DNA of 40,677 bases from Euryarchaeota archaeon UBA287 (GTDB taxonomy: Archaea > Thermoplasmatota > UBA186 > UBA287). The position numbers were made by a program, and so were the translations under genes. Location of the stretch: assembly GCA_002495235.1 (NCBI GenBank), contig DAEG01000019.1, positions 1-40,677 on the forward strand, written 5' to 3'. The notes under the pieces were generated by a model. That model made no database searches. It was not told where the DNA came from and worked only from the letters and a program-made list of their open reading frames with translations. Below, in pieces: positions 23,870 to 32,446 of the stretch; position 1 is the stretch's first letter, and every line of letters begins with the position of its first letter.

Positions 23870-25996
23870 ATGGAGAGCCGCACTTACCTCGGCCCTTTCA
23901 CATCTCTTGAGGGGTGTGATGACGGCGTATGGATAAGATGCGATGGTGGTTCCATACGCGTCTCCGTTCTCGGTGAAGGAACCGTGAAGGTACAGCTGTC
24001 CCCGGAGGGCGGCGTAACAGAGGAGCATTCACACGCGGTGGTGCATGAGGGCAGGGCTTCATTCTCCATAGTGGAAAAAGAAAATGAGGTCGAGCTCAGG
24101 ACGCAGGAGATCATTCTGAACATAAAAAAGGATCCTCTGCTGCTGTCATTCAGCGATAAGGATGGTCACCTGCTGTGCAGGGACTGCGAACCCATGAGGT
24201 GGAAAAGGGCAGAGGAGGGATACAGCGTCGTGTGCACGAAAGAGATGCCGCTAGAAGAGCACTACTACGGTCTGGGCGAGAAGTCTGGCTTCCTGGACAA
24301 GCGCAGGAGCTCTCTGGTTATGTGGAACACCGACGCCTATGAATACGACAGAGGCAGCGACCCCCTCTACGTCTCCATCCCGTTCTTTACGGGTCTTAGG
24401 AACGGGATCGCATACGGTATATTCTTTGACAACACATACAGGGCCTTCTTAGATTTCGGACGCGCCAGGGAGGACAGCTACATGTTCGGCAGCGCCGGTG
24501 GCGAGTTCAGGTACTACTTCTTTTACGGGCCTGACATAAAAAAGGTCATCGAGAGATACACCGAGATCACCGGAAAACCGTTCATGCCGCCAGAATGGGC
24601 TCTGGGGCACCAGATGTCCAGATACAGTTATTACCCTCAGGACAGGGTGGTTGAGATCGCGAAAAAGATCAGGGAAGAACGCATACCGTGCGACGCCATG
24701 TACCTGGACATAGACCACAGCGAGGGATATCTGCCTTTCGTGTGGAGCAGGGATTTTCCGGAGCCTGAGAGGATGATGGAAGAGCTCAGGAAGCTCGGAA
24801 TGGACATCGTGCCGATAGTGGATCCTGCCATGAAGGTCAGTGATTGCTACCCTCCATACGCGGAGGCTCTGGAGAGAGGATATCTTCTCAAACGGAGAGG
24901 TTACATATACATGGATCGCATGTGGCCAGGGCTCTGCGCATGGCCCGATTTCACGCGAGAGGATGTAAGGGAATGGTGGGGAGAAAAATACGGAGTCTAC
25001 ACGGGCCTGGGGATAAGAGGGATATGGAACGACATGAATGAGCCCAGCGTCTTCAACGATAGAAAGACCATGAAGGATGATGTCATGTTCGGAGACGGCT
25101 TTTCACACGCGAAGCACCACAACGACTACGCTCTTTTCGAGACGAAGGCAACCTACGAGGGACTGAAGAACCTGGGCGTGGAACAGCCTTTCGTTCTGTC
25201 GAGGGCGGGCTTTGCGGGCGTGCAGCGCTATGCGGCACTGTGGACCGGCGACAACACCGCGAGCTGGGAGCACCTTGCGCTCCAGATACCCATGCTTCTC
25301 AACATGTCACTCAGCGGTCTGAGCTTGGTGGGCTCTGACATCGGTGGCTTCATTGGCTCGTCGACACCGGAGCTCCTTGTGCGCTGGTATGAGGCCAATG
25401 CCCTGATTCCCTTCTTCCGGAATCACACAGGCAAGGGCACCTACGATCAGGAGCCGTGGGTATTCGGGCGGTACTACGAGGACATCATAAGAAGACAGAT
25501 AGAGATGCGCTACGAACTGCTGCCTTATCTCTATTCGCTGGCGTATGAGAGCCACACAAGGGGGTACCCAATCATGAGGCCTCTCTTCTTTGAGTTTCAG
25601 AGCGACGAAGGCACCTATACGATCGAGGACGAGTTCATGATAGGGCCCTACCTCTTGGCGGCGCCGGTGATCCGCGAGGGAGCAAGGGCAAGGTCAGTGT
25701 ATCTGCCGGAAGGAGATTGGTACGACTATAACAGCAGGGAACTCTACAGGGGTAGCAGGAGGATGCTGTATGACGCACCGCTCGACAGGCTTCCTCTCTT
25801 TGTGAGGTCTGGCGCAATAATACCAAAACAGCAGGCTGTGCAGTCCACGAAAGAGGAGAGTGAATGGTGGATAGAGGTCTACGGAAAAGAGCCTTCGGCA
25901 TTCACACTCTACAGAGAGGGCAGAGCGACAGACGTCAGGTGGAATGGAGAGGCTCTGGACGGATCGGACGGTTTTGAGATCATAAGGCACTCATGA
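23870..25996 (+). CDS. Glycoside hydrolase family 31 alpha-glucosidase/alpha-xylosidase
   Basis: It has the GH31 catalytic nucleophile motif GIWNDMNEPS plus WTGDN and GSDIGGF. The start is either 23870 (MESRTY) or 23849. Confidence 0.85.
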   Translation: MESRTYLGPFTSLEGCDDGVWIRCDGGSIRVSVLGEGTVKVQLSPEGGVTEEHSHAVVHEGRASFSIVEKENEVELRTQEIILNIKKDPLLLSFSDKDGHLLCRDCEPMRWKRAEEGYSVVCTKEMPLEEHYYGLGEKSGFLDKRRSSLVMWNTDAYEYDRGSDPLYVSIPFFTGLRNGIAYGIFFDNTYRAFLDFGRAREDSYMFGSAGGEFRYYFFYGPDIKKVIERYTEITGKPFMPPEWALGHQMSRYSYYPQDRVVEIAKKIREERIPCDAMYLDIDHSEGYLPFVWSRDFPEPERMMEELRKLGMDIVPIVDPAMKVSDCYPPYAEALERGYLLKRRGYIYMDRMWPGLCAWPDFTREDVREWWGEKYGVYTGLGIRGIWNDMNEPSVFNDRKTMKDDVMFGDGFSHAKHHNDYALFETKATYEGLKNLGVEQPFVLSRAGFAGVQRYAALWTGDNTASWEHLALQIPMLLNMSLSGLSLVGSDIGGFIGSSTPELLVRWYEANALIPFFRNHTGKGTYDQEPWVFGRYYEDIIRRQIEMRYELLPYLYSLAYESHTRGYPIMRPLFFEFQSDEGTYTIEDEFMIGPYLLAAPVIREGARARSVYLPEGDWYDYNSRELYRGSRRMLYDAPLDRLPLFVRSGAIIPKQQAVQSTKEESEWWIEVYGKEPSAFTLYREGRATDVRWNGEALDGSDGFEIIRHS

Positions 25997-26270
25997 TATG
26001 AGACACCCAATCCCGGACACTGACCAAAGACACACATCTGCAGACAAAATGTATGATAATGCATAGATAGGGAGATTGCGGACAGAATGTGTGAAGAGAA
26101 CGCTTTGGTCCTGTGTTGTTTTACGCCAGCAGCGCTCCGGGTCGTTGCGGACAGGGGGATGATAAGTGCGCATCCGGATGTGTCTGTTTACGAGCCCTGG
26201 CAGAAGGCGATCCTCGCATGGAACGGCAGGGAAGAGGTGATGAGGCTGGTCATGATCTCGCCCGAAGACA

Positions 26271-27212
26271 TCATAGGTATCTAACCTGAGCACTGACCTT
26301 ATCCAGAAAAGCCTCCAGCTCTTCTCTTGTGGGAGAGCTCTGCGCGCCCTCCTTGGTGACCTTCAGCGCCGCGGCAGCGTTTGCGAAAACAGTGCAGTCC
26401 TCGAGGCTCTTTCCCTCGACCAACGCCGTTGCGAACGCCCCCGCGAAAGTGTCGCCCGCACCAAGGGTGTCGACAACATCCACCTTGAAGGTGTCGACCT
26501 CAAAGCTTCTGTCGCAGAGGACTATGGTCTTCTCAGACCCCTGCTTTATGATGAGCACTTTGCCATCGAATACTTCGCGGGCTCTGTCTGCTATCTCATC
26601 TATGCCCGCGCTCCTCTCATTCTCAATCTCCATCAGCCTCGCCATCTCAACTCTGTTGCTTATCACAATATCGCAATTCCTCAGTATAGGCTCCAGCTTT
26701 GAGTATCCGAAATGCGAGACGCTCCTCCCAGGATCGAACATGACCTTCACGTTGCGCTCCTTTGCAGACGTGCTAACATACATGAGAGCGCTGAGATTCG
26801 TTCCGGTCATGTGGACTAGCTTTGTATCAAAGAAGTCTGCTTTTATGTCCCTCACCGATACCGGCTCATTAGCCCCAAGCATCTCCACGATCTCAGGCTC
26901 ACCATCCCTGTTTATTATGACGACGCTTATCCCTGTTGGCTCGTGGTAATCGATTATTATGTTGGAAGTGTCCACTTTCTTCGATATGAAGTTCTGTATC
27001 AGAAAGATGCCGTAGTCATCAAACCCGATCTTACCGCACATTGTGACGTTTTTTCCGAGGTTTGCAGCGCACACTGCACTGTTGCACGCGGAACCTCCGG
27101 CGCTGTATCTTATCCTACCCTTGGTCAGGCTCATCCTGTCAGGCATGGGAAAGTCGTCGGTGTAGCACCTGACATCATACAGTATATGGCCAATCATCGA
27201 GATGTCATGCAT
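26271..27212 (-). CDS. PfkB-family carbohydrate kinase (ribokinase-like)
   Basis: It has the C-terminal signature DTLGAGDTFAGAFA and the N-terminal GGSACN motif. Confidence 0.85.
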   Translation of the reverse strand: MHDISMIGHILYDVRCYTDDFPMPDRMSLTKGRIRYSAGGSACNSAVCAANLGKNVTMCGKIGFDDYGIFLIQNFISKKVDTSNIIIDYHEPTGISVVIINRDGEPEIVEMLGANEPVSVRDIKADFFDTKLVHMTGTNLSALMYVSTSAKERNVKVMFDPGRSVSHFGYSKLEPILRNCDIVISNRVEMARLMEIENERSAGIDEIADRAREVFDGKVLIIKQGSEKTIVLCDRSFEVDTFKVDVVDTLGAGDTFAGAFATALVEGKSLEDCTVFANAAAALKVTKEGAQSSPTREELEAFLDKVSAQVRYL

Positions 27213-27249
27213 ACTGCGTATGTTACTTTCAGGCTATTAATCTTTTTAA

Positions 27250-28764
27250 TCACTCCTTTCCGCTCATCCTGTATAGCCTGTTCTCGCGCATGGCCTTTGA
27301 GATCGGGATGACCTCATTCAGTTCCCTGAATATGCTGTATGTCCATCTGAATATGTCATTCTCTCTTACCTTTCTCTGAAGACTCTCCATCCTCTTCCTC
27401 CTCTCATCGAGCGGCATCTCCAGCGCGAGCTTTATGGTGTCCGTGAAGCCCTCCGTGTCATAGGGGTTTATTATGAGGGCATCATCACCCAGCTCTTCAG
27501 CCGCTCCCGCGAATTCGCTGAGAATCAGAACCCCGGGATCTTTCACATCCTGTGAAGAAATGAATTCCTTGCAAACGATGTTGAGCCCGTCCTGCAGAGA
27601 GCTGACAACACACACCTTGGCTTTCTTGTATAGCGCTACCACCCTTGTGAACTCCATCTTCTCCTTTATGTACTCCACGGGTTTCCACGTCTCCGTGCTG
27701 TAACGCCAGTTCAGGTCATCGACCATGGAGTCTAGCCTTCTGTCCAGTTCCAGGAATTCCGGCACACGGGGACGCTCTAAGATGACTGTTTGCACGAATG
27801 TGAACCTCCCCTGATACTCCGGGTATTTGAAAAGAAAGCGGTCTATGGCTGAGAACTTTTCCGGGAGACCTTTTATGTAGTCTATCCTGTCCACTCCTAT
27901 GCCTATCGGACAGTCGAAACGTTTTCCTATGGTGTCCTCCTCTTTCATGACGGTGGCGCTGGTTTTCATGGCATCTATGCTCTTGTAGTCGACGCTTATC
28001 GGGAAGGGCCTGACGAACGTCATTCTCCCACCCTTTGTAACGCTCATCCTCTCCCAGTCCACCTTTGCATCAGTCTCGTTCTCCGCGGTGAGAAGGAAAT
28101 TCCTGCAGTCCTGCGAGGTGTGGAAGCCTACGAGCGTGTTCTCCAGCATGCTATCCATGATCTCCCTGCGCCAAGGCATGATCCTGAAAGTCGTGTGAGA
28201 CGGCCACGGTATGTGCCAGAAGTATGCAAGCTGCGCGTCATCTCTCTCTTTTCTTATCATGCCCGGCACAAGGGTGAGGTGAAAGTCCTGGATCCATACG
28301 ATGGGTTTTTTATCTCCGCTCTCGGAGATCGCGGCTTCAGCAAACTTCTCGTTGACCCTCCTGTAGAGCGAGTAGTATATCGGATTGAATCTGGGCTTTA
28401 CGAAGACGTTGTGACACAGGGGCCACCACATCTGGTTTGAGAGCCCCGTGAAATAACCGTCTATCTCCTCCTTGCTCAGAAAGACCCTTCTCAGCGTGTA
28501 CTTTGGGTTATCCGGGGGGACCATGACTTCATTATCCTCATTCACCACCGCTCTGTCGGCATCACCGCTGCCTCTGGCTATCCACACGCCTCCACAGGTG
28601 AGCATGACCGGGTTCAGGGCTGTGGTAAGACCTCCGGCGGTGGTCTTGCATATCACACCCTCCCATGTCCTGGTGTGCATGTAGGGTTCACCATCCGACA
28701 TCACAATCATCTTATAATCGCTCAGCTTGCTGAGCACTCTAATCGTCTCTTCCGTGTAGTCCAT
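27250..28764 (-). CDS. otsA: Alpha,alpha-trehalose-phosphate synthase (GT20, OtsA-like)
   Basis: It has TAGGLTTAL, VWIQDFHLTLVPGMIR and FWHIPWPS, all typical of GT20. The ATG at 28764 is preferred over the TTG at 28812. Confidence 0.85.
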   Translation of the reverse strand: MDYTEETIRVLSKLSDYKMIVMSDGEPYMHTRTWEGVICKTTAGGLTTALNPVMLTCGGVWIARGSGDADRAVVNEDNEVMVPPDNPKYTLRRVFLSKEEIDGYFTGLSNQMWWPLCHNVFVKPRFNPIYYSLYRRVNEKFAEAAISESGDKKPIVWIQDFHLTLVPGMIRKERDDAQLAYFWHIPWPSHTTFRIMPWRREIMDSMLENTLVGFHTSQDCRNFLLTAENETDAKVDWERMSVTKGGRMTFVRPFPISVDYKSIDAMKTSATVMKEEDTIGKRFDCPIGIGVDRIDYIKGLPEKFSAIDRFLFKYPEYQGRFTFVQTVILERPRVPEFLELDRRLDSMVDDLNWRYSTETWKPVEYIKEKMEFTRVVALYKKAKVCVVSSLQDGLNIVCKEFISSQDVKDPGVLILSEFAGAAEELGDDALIINPYDTEGFTDTIKLALEMPLDERRKRMESLQRKVRENDIFRWTYSIFRELNEVIPISKAMRENRLYRMSGKE

Positions 28765-28786
28765 GTAAGGAATATCTAACTCGTAA

Positions 28787-29986
28787 TTAATTTTTTCCCA
28801 GTGCGACCACAACGATCGTGCCGTTCAGATGATCCATCGGCACATTTGCCGTTGAGAGGTGCTCTCCCATTGTATAAAAACCAACAAAGGGTATGTCCTT
28901 CGATGCCCTCTTTATGGCGTCTTTCTCCCTCCTTATGTTCTGCTTCAGGAAGACCTTTCTCTCCTGGCAGTCAAATATCAGAATAACTTCAGGATCCTCA
29001 ACCCTTCTCAAAGCCTCGCTCACGGCATTTTCGGCACTCTTGACGATGCTGCTCTGCGTGCTCCTCGCTGCGAAAAGAATGTTACCCACGGCCATCCTCG
29101 TCATAAACGTTATGGACCCATCTTCGTTCGCTGTGAAGGGTGCTTTCATCCACGCACGACCTTCATTGTCGAAGACTGCGAATGGATACTCCACCGCGGT
29201 GTGATTTATGAGCCATCTATCCTCTATCAACTCTTCCGGGTTAATGCCCGTGATGTCGGAGTAGACATCTATGGCGCGCTCTTCGTTGATCTCATAAACG
29301 ATCCTGTCCTTGGCGCTTGTAACTATGTATGGATTCCTGCTCCTGAGCATGAGCCCGTTCTCGCAGGCGTAGCCCACGCTCTTTGTGGTGGCTATGAGGG
29401 CCATGGCGGCCCCATTCTTGACTACCCGTCTGTCATAGAAGAGTGTGCAATCCCCATCCCTTCCGTAAGCGCTGCCACCGAACATAGGAGAAAGTCTCTG
29501 TATCTTCGTGTGGATCCCCCTTATTATCGCTTCATCACAGTTCTGAAAAGGGTCGGTGAAGAGGAGCATGTGATAGTACGGCTTTGTGACAGCTATCTTT
29601 TCAGGCATGTTGCTGACCATCGCGCTGTATCTGGCAAAGATCCTTGAGAGCTTCTCTTCATTTTTTCCGATATCCACAACGGCCCTCTCTGCCAGAGACA
29701 CTCCGCTCTTTCCGGGGTTCCTGCCTATCTTTGCAGAGGAGAGCCCCATGAGGAGATCCTTTGAATCCATACCATATGCCACGGTGGCGCCGTTCTCCTC
29801 ACTGCACAGAGTGCCGTATGAAGAGCAGCCTATGATCCTGGTGCGCCCCTCGTTTCTAAAACCTTTCATAAAAGAGTCCAGATCCTGATCCATATCCGCA
29901 AAAATGATGGCGTAATCGCAATCCTTCAGCTTTCTTCCCATCTCCCTGCCGCCTTCAGAGCCTCTCTCACCTGTGGAAACCAGCAT
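28787..29986 (-). CDS. Stand-alone FIST (FIST_N + FIST_C) sensor-domain protein
   Basis: It has GCSSYG in the N-terminal half and the hallmarks LIFDCQERKVFL...PFVGFYTMGEH in the C-terminal half. The ATG at 29986 or at 29941 is the likely start. The track ORF extends to 30202, but that part overlaps the DUF72 relic. Confidence 0.7.
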   Translation of the reverse strand: MLVSTGERGSEGGREMGRKLKDCDYAIIFADMDQDLDSFMKGFRNEGRTRIIGCSSYGTLCSEENGATVAYGMDSKDLLMGLSSAKIGRNPGKSGVSLAERAVVDIGKNEEKLSRIFARYSAMVSNMPEKIAVTKPYYHMLLFTDPFQNCDEAIIRGIHTKIQRLSPMFGGSAYGRDGDCTLFYDRRVVKNGAAMALIATTKSVGYACENGLMLRSRNPYIVTSAKDRIVYEINEERAIDVYSDITGINPEELIEDRWLINHTAVEYPFAVFDNEGRAWMKAPFTANEDGSITFMTRMAVGNILFAARSTQSSIVKSAENAVSEALRRVEDPEVILIFDCQERKVFLKQNIRREKDAIKRASKDIPFVGFYTMGEHLSTANVPMDHLNGTIVVVALGKN

Positions 29987-30068
29987 CTCTTCACTATATC
30001 TTTTTTTTGTTATATGCCTTTCGATGCCGGCTCTGCGATGCGAGTTTAAGATCGCTGCACAGAGCATA

Positions 30069-30654
30069 TCAAAGGGCAAGCCACGCGCTGCCACAACTCC
30101 TCGCGTTTTCAAGCATGCCCGTGTCTTTGTTAAAGAATGCATAGTTTCTGTCGCAGCCGAGAGCCCTCTGTCTCTCTGCGAACTCCGTGAGCTCTCCATC
30201 ACCGTATGTGTGGGCGTACCATTCCATGTGTCCGTGAAAACGCAGATAGGATACGCCTGATGTGCTCATCACCCACCGGAAATCGGGGCAATCAACGGAA
30301 ACGAGCGTCATGCCCATCTCTCAAAGCTCCTGTGTATCCAAGTCATCCTGTGTCTCTCGGCTCTATCGTGATCCTCACTCTGTTCTTCATCTCTGAGCGA
30401 TCCAAAAAGTGCTTCCAGAGATCACGGCTTCCTTCGTCCAGCCTGTGCGAGTGGGTTGTCCCCCTGTTGACCTTCACGCTCCAGCGAAAACCCCTGCTCC
30501 ATGTTTTTCACTTCCATGATGCCATGTCATTTTCGTAGGGAAAACGATAGAAGCTCGAGTTGAGCTCCACGGCGTAAGCCCCCTGCTCACGTACCACTCC
30601 AGACCGTCAGGATTCTAGGGGATAGGGCCAGCAGGAGGTTCCTGCGTAGAGCAT
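30069..30654 (-). pseudogene. DUF72-family gene relic broken by at least three frame disruptions
   Basis: My own translation of the minus strand gives four successive segments in different frames. They are MLYAGTSCWPYPLES*, then ...QGAYAVELNSSFYRFPYENDMASWK*, then ...GFRWSVKVNRGTTHSHRLDEGSRDLWKHFLDRSEMKNRVRITIEPRDTG*, then MGMTLVSVDCPDFRW...YLRFHGHMEWY...AFFNKDTGMLENA. Read together they follow the DUF72 order (GTSGW, vEiNssFYr, F.vKv...TH, E.R, YvRfHG, FNN..g.A..NA). Confidence 0.7.
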
Positions 30655-30735
30655 ATTGTCATAATGAGATCTCGTTTAAAATGATTTCTCTATGCAAGGC
30701 AACTTACAGCAGGTAGGCGTACGAGAGCTTGGGAA

Positions 30736-32199
30736 TCACTCCAGGATCTCGACCTGAAAGACCTCATCGCCTATTCTTGCCGTATACGCCTTTTTGTTAC
30801 CTGAGATCTTCTCCTCCATCTTCTGACCCTTATTCGGGCTCTGACTCTCTGCGTTTGGTTTTTTCTCACCCGGCTTAAGGAATCTCTCAGCGATGTCGGG
30901 ATACAGCGCATAGGAGATCACGTCCTCCTCCTTCTTTACCAGCCCTTTGCCCTCCGCTTCTTCCCTCATCTCCTTGAGCTTTGGTGGTACCAGAGCACCC
31001 GGTCTCTCGCTGACGATCATGCCCTTCCAGTCCTTCCCCAGGATCTTCTCTTTTATGGCGTCGCTTATCTCCGCGGGGGGCTTTCCGTAGAGCCCCTTCA
31101 CATAGTCCTTTACCTCTTTTATTACCATCTTGTATCTCTCGCCGCTCACGACATTCATGACAGCCTGTGTTCCCACTATCTGGCTTGTCGGAGTTACCAG
31201 CGGCGGGTATCCGAGATCCTCCCTGACCCGGGGGACCTCCTGAAGCACCCTGTCGTAGAGCTCTATCTTCTTCATATCCCTGAGCTGCATGACCAGATTG
31301 GAGAGCATTCCTCCCGGTATCTGATGAAGGAACACCTCGGTGTCTATCATGAGCGATTTGTCAGAGTAGTATTCCCTATACTTCTCGAGGACCTTTGAGA
31401 AGTAGCGCTTCAGCTCAATCAGCTTTTTCATATCGTACCCGGTGTCCCTCTCGCCATAGCCTCTCAGAGCCTCGACAAGGCTCTCCGTCGGAGGCTGTGA
31501 CGTGCCTCCTGAGAACGGGGATATCGCCGTGTCGACAAAGTCCGCTCCGGCCTCTATCGCTTTCAGACAGCTGGCTATGGCCATGCCGCTTGTCGAGTGG
31601 GTGTGGAGATTGACCTTCAACTTCGTGTCTCTCTTTATCCTGTCGACCAGCTCGTAGGCAACCATGGGGCTTATCATGCCGGCCATGTCCTTTATGCACA
31701 CGGTATCACAGCCGAGGCTCTTGAGTCTCTTAGCCACCTCAACAAAGTAATCCGCGTTGTGGACGGGGCTTATGGTGTAGCACAGGGCTCCCTGCGCCTC
31801 GGCGCCGTACTCCTTGACGGCCTTTATCGAGCTCTCCATGTTCCTAACGTCGTTTAGCGCGTCGAATATCCTGAAGATCCTGCAGCCGCTCTTCACCGCA
31901 AGCCTGATGAACTCTCTGACGATGTCATCGCTGTAGGCCCTGTAACCGACTATGTTCTGACCCCTCTCGAGCATCTGTATCGGTGTCTCTATGGCGCTGA
32001 GCTTTTTGAGTCTCTCCCACGGATCCTCGTTGAGGTAGCGCATGCAGGAGTCGAAGGTAGCGCCGCCCCACGCCTCCAGAGACCTAAAACCTATGGAATC
32101 AAGGTCCTTCATAGCGGGAAGCATGTCCTCTGTCCGCATCCTTGTTGCTATCAAAGACTGCTGCGCATCCCTCAGAATGGTCTCAACAAGCTGAACCAT
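30736..32199 (-). CDS. Carboxyltransferase (5S / PycB / OadA-type, HMGL-like TIM barrel) lacking a biotinyl domain
   Basis: It has the N-terminal ILRDAQQSL motif, and HTHSTSGMA and DTAISPFSGGTSQPPTE typical of the pyruvate carboxyltransferase domain. The protein ends at ...KKAYTARIGDEVFQVEILE with no AMKM biotinylation motif. Confidence 0.85.
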   Translation of the reverse strand: MVQLVETILRDAQQSLIATRMRTEDMLPAMKDLDSIGFRSLEAWGGATFDSCMRYLNEDPWERLKKLSAIETPIQMLERGQNIVGYRAYSDDIVREFIRLAVKSGCRIFRIFDALNDVRNMESSIKAVKEYGAEAQGALCYTISPVHNADYFVEVAKRLKSLGCDTVCIKDMAGMISPMVAYELVDRIKRDTKLKVNLHTHSTSGMAIASCLKAIEAGADFVDTAISPFSGGTSQPPTESLVEALRGYGERDTGYDMKKLIELKRYFSKVLEKYREYYSDKSLMIDTEVFLHQIPGGMLSNLVMQLRDMKKIELYDRVLQEVPRVREDLGYPPLVTPTSQIVGTQAVMNVVSGERYKMVIKEVKDYVKGLYGKPPAEISDAIKEKILGKDWKGMIVSERPGALVPPKLKEMREEAEGKGLVKKEEDVISYALYPDIAERFLKPGEKKPNAESQSPNKGQKMEEKISGNKKAYTARIGDEVFQVEILE

Positions 32200-32446
32200 A
32201 GGAATAATGAGCGTATCCTCTTATCCAATTTGCTGTGTCCTACGGCAATCGCCTTCATCCCTCATCTGAGCACCTCAACAGCTCGCTGCGCGTGCAAACC
32301 CTCCCGTCCATGGCCTGACCCTGGCGATATCAGAATTACGGCTCCATTGCCATAGACCTGCATCACGCACAACAAGGACCTTAAATGCCTGCTGTCCGTA
32401 TCTCCTTGTCCTGTGTTGCGGTATCCGCAGAGCACCGGCATATCGA

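Noticed and set aside
29987-30202. A 72-codon N-terminal extension of the FIST ORF
   Set aside because: It overlaps the 3' fragment of the DUF72 relic in another frame and has no FIST-like sequence. The internal ATGs at 29986 and 29941 fit better.
30206-30538. A 110-aa plus-strand ORF
   Set aside because: It lies antisense to the DUF72 relic, whose four fragments explain this region better.
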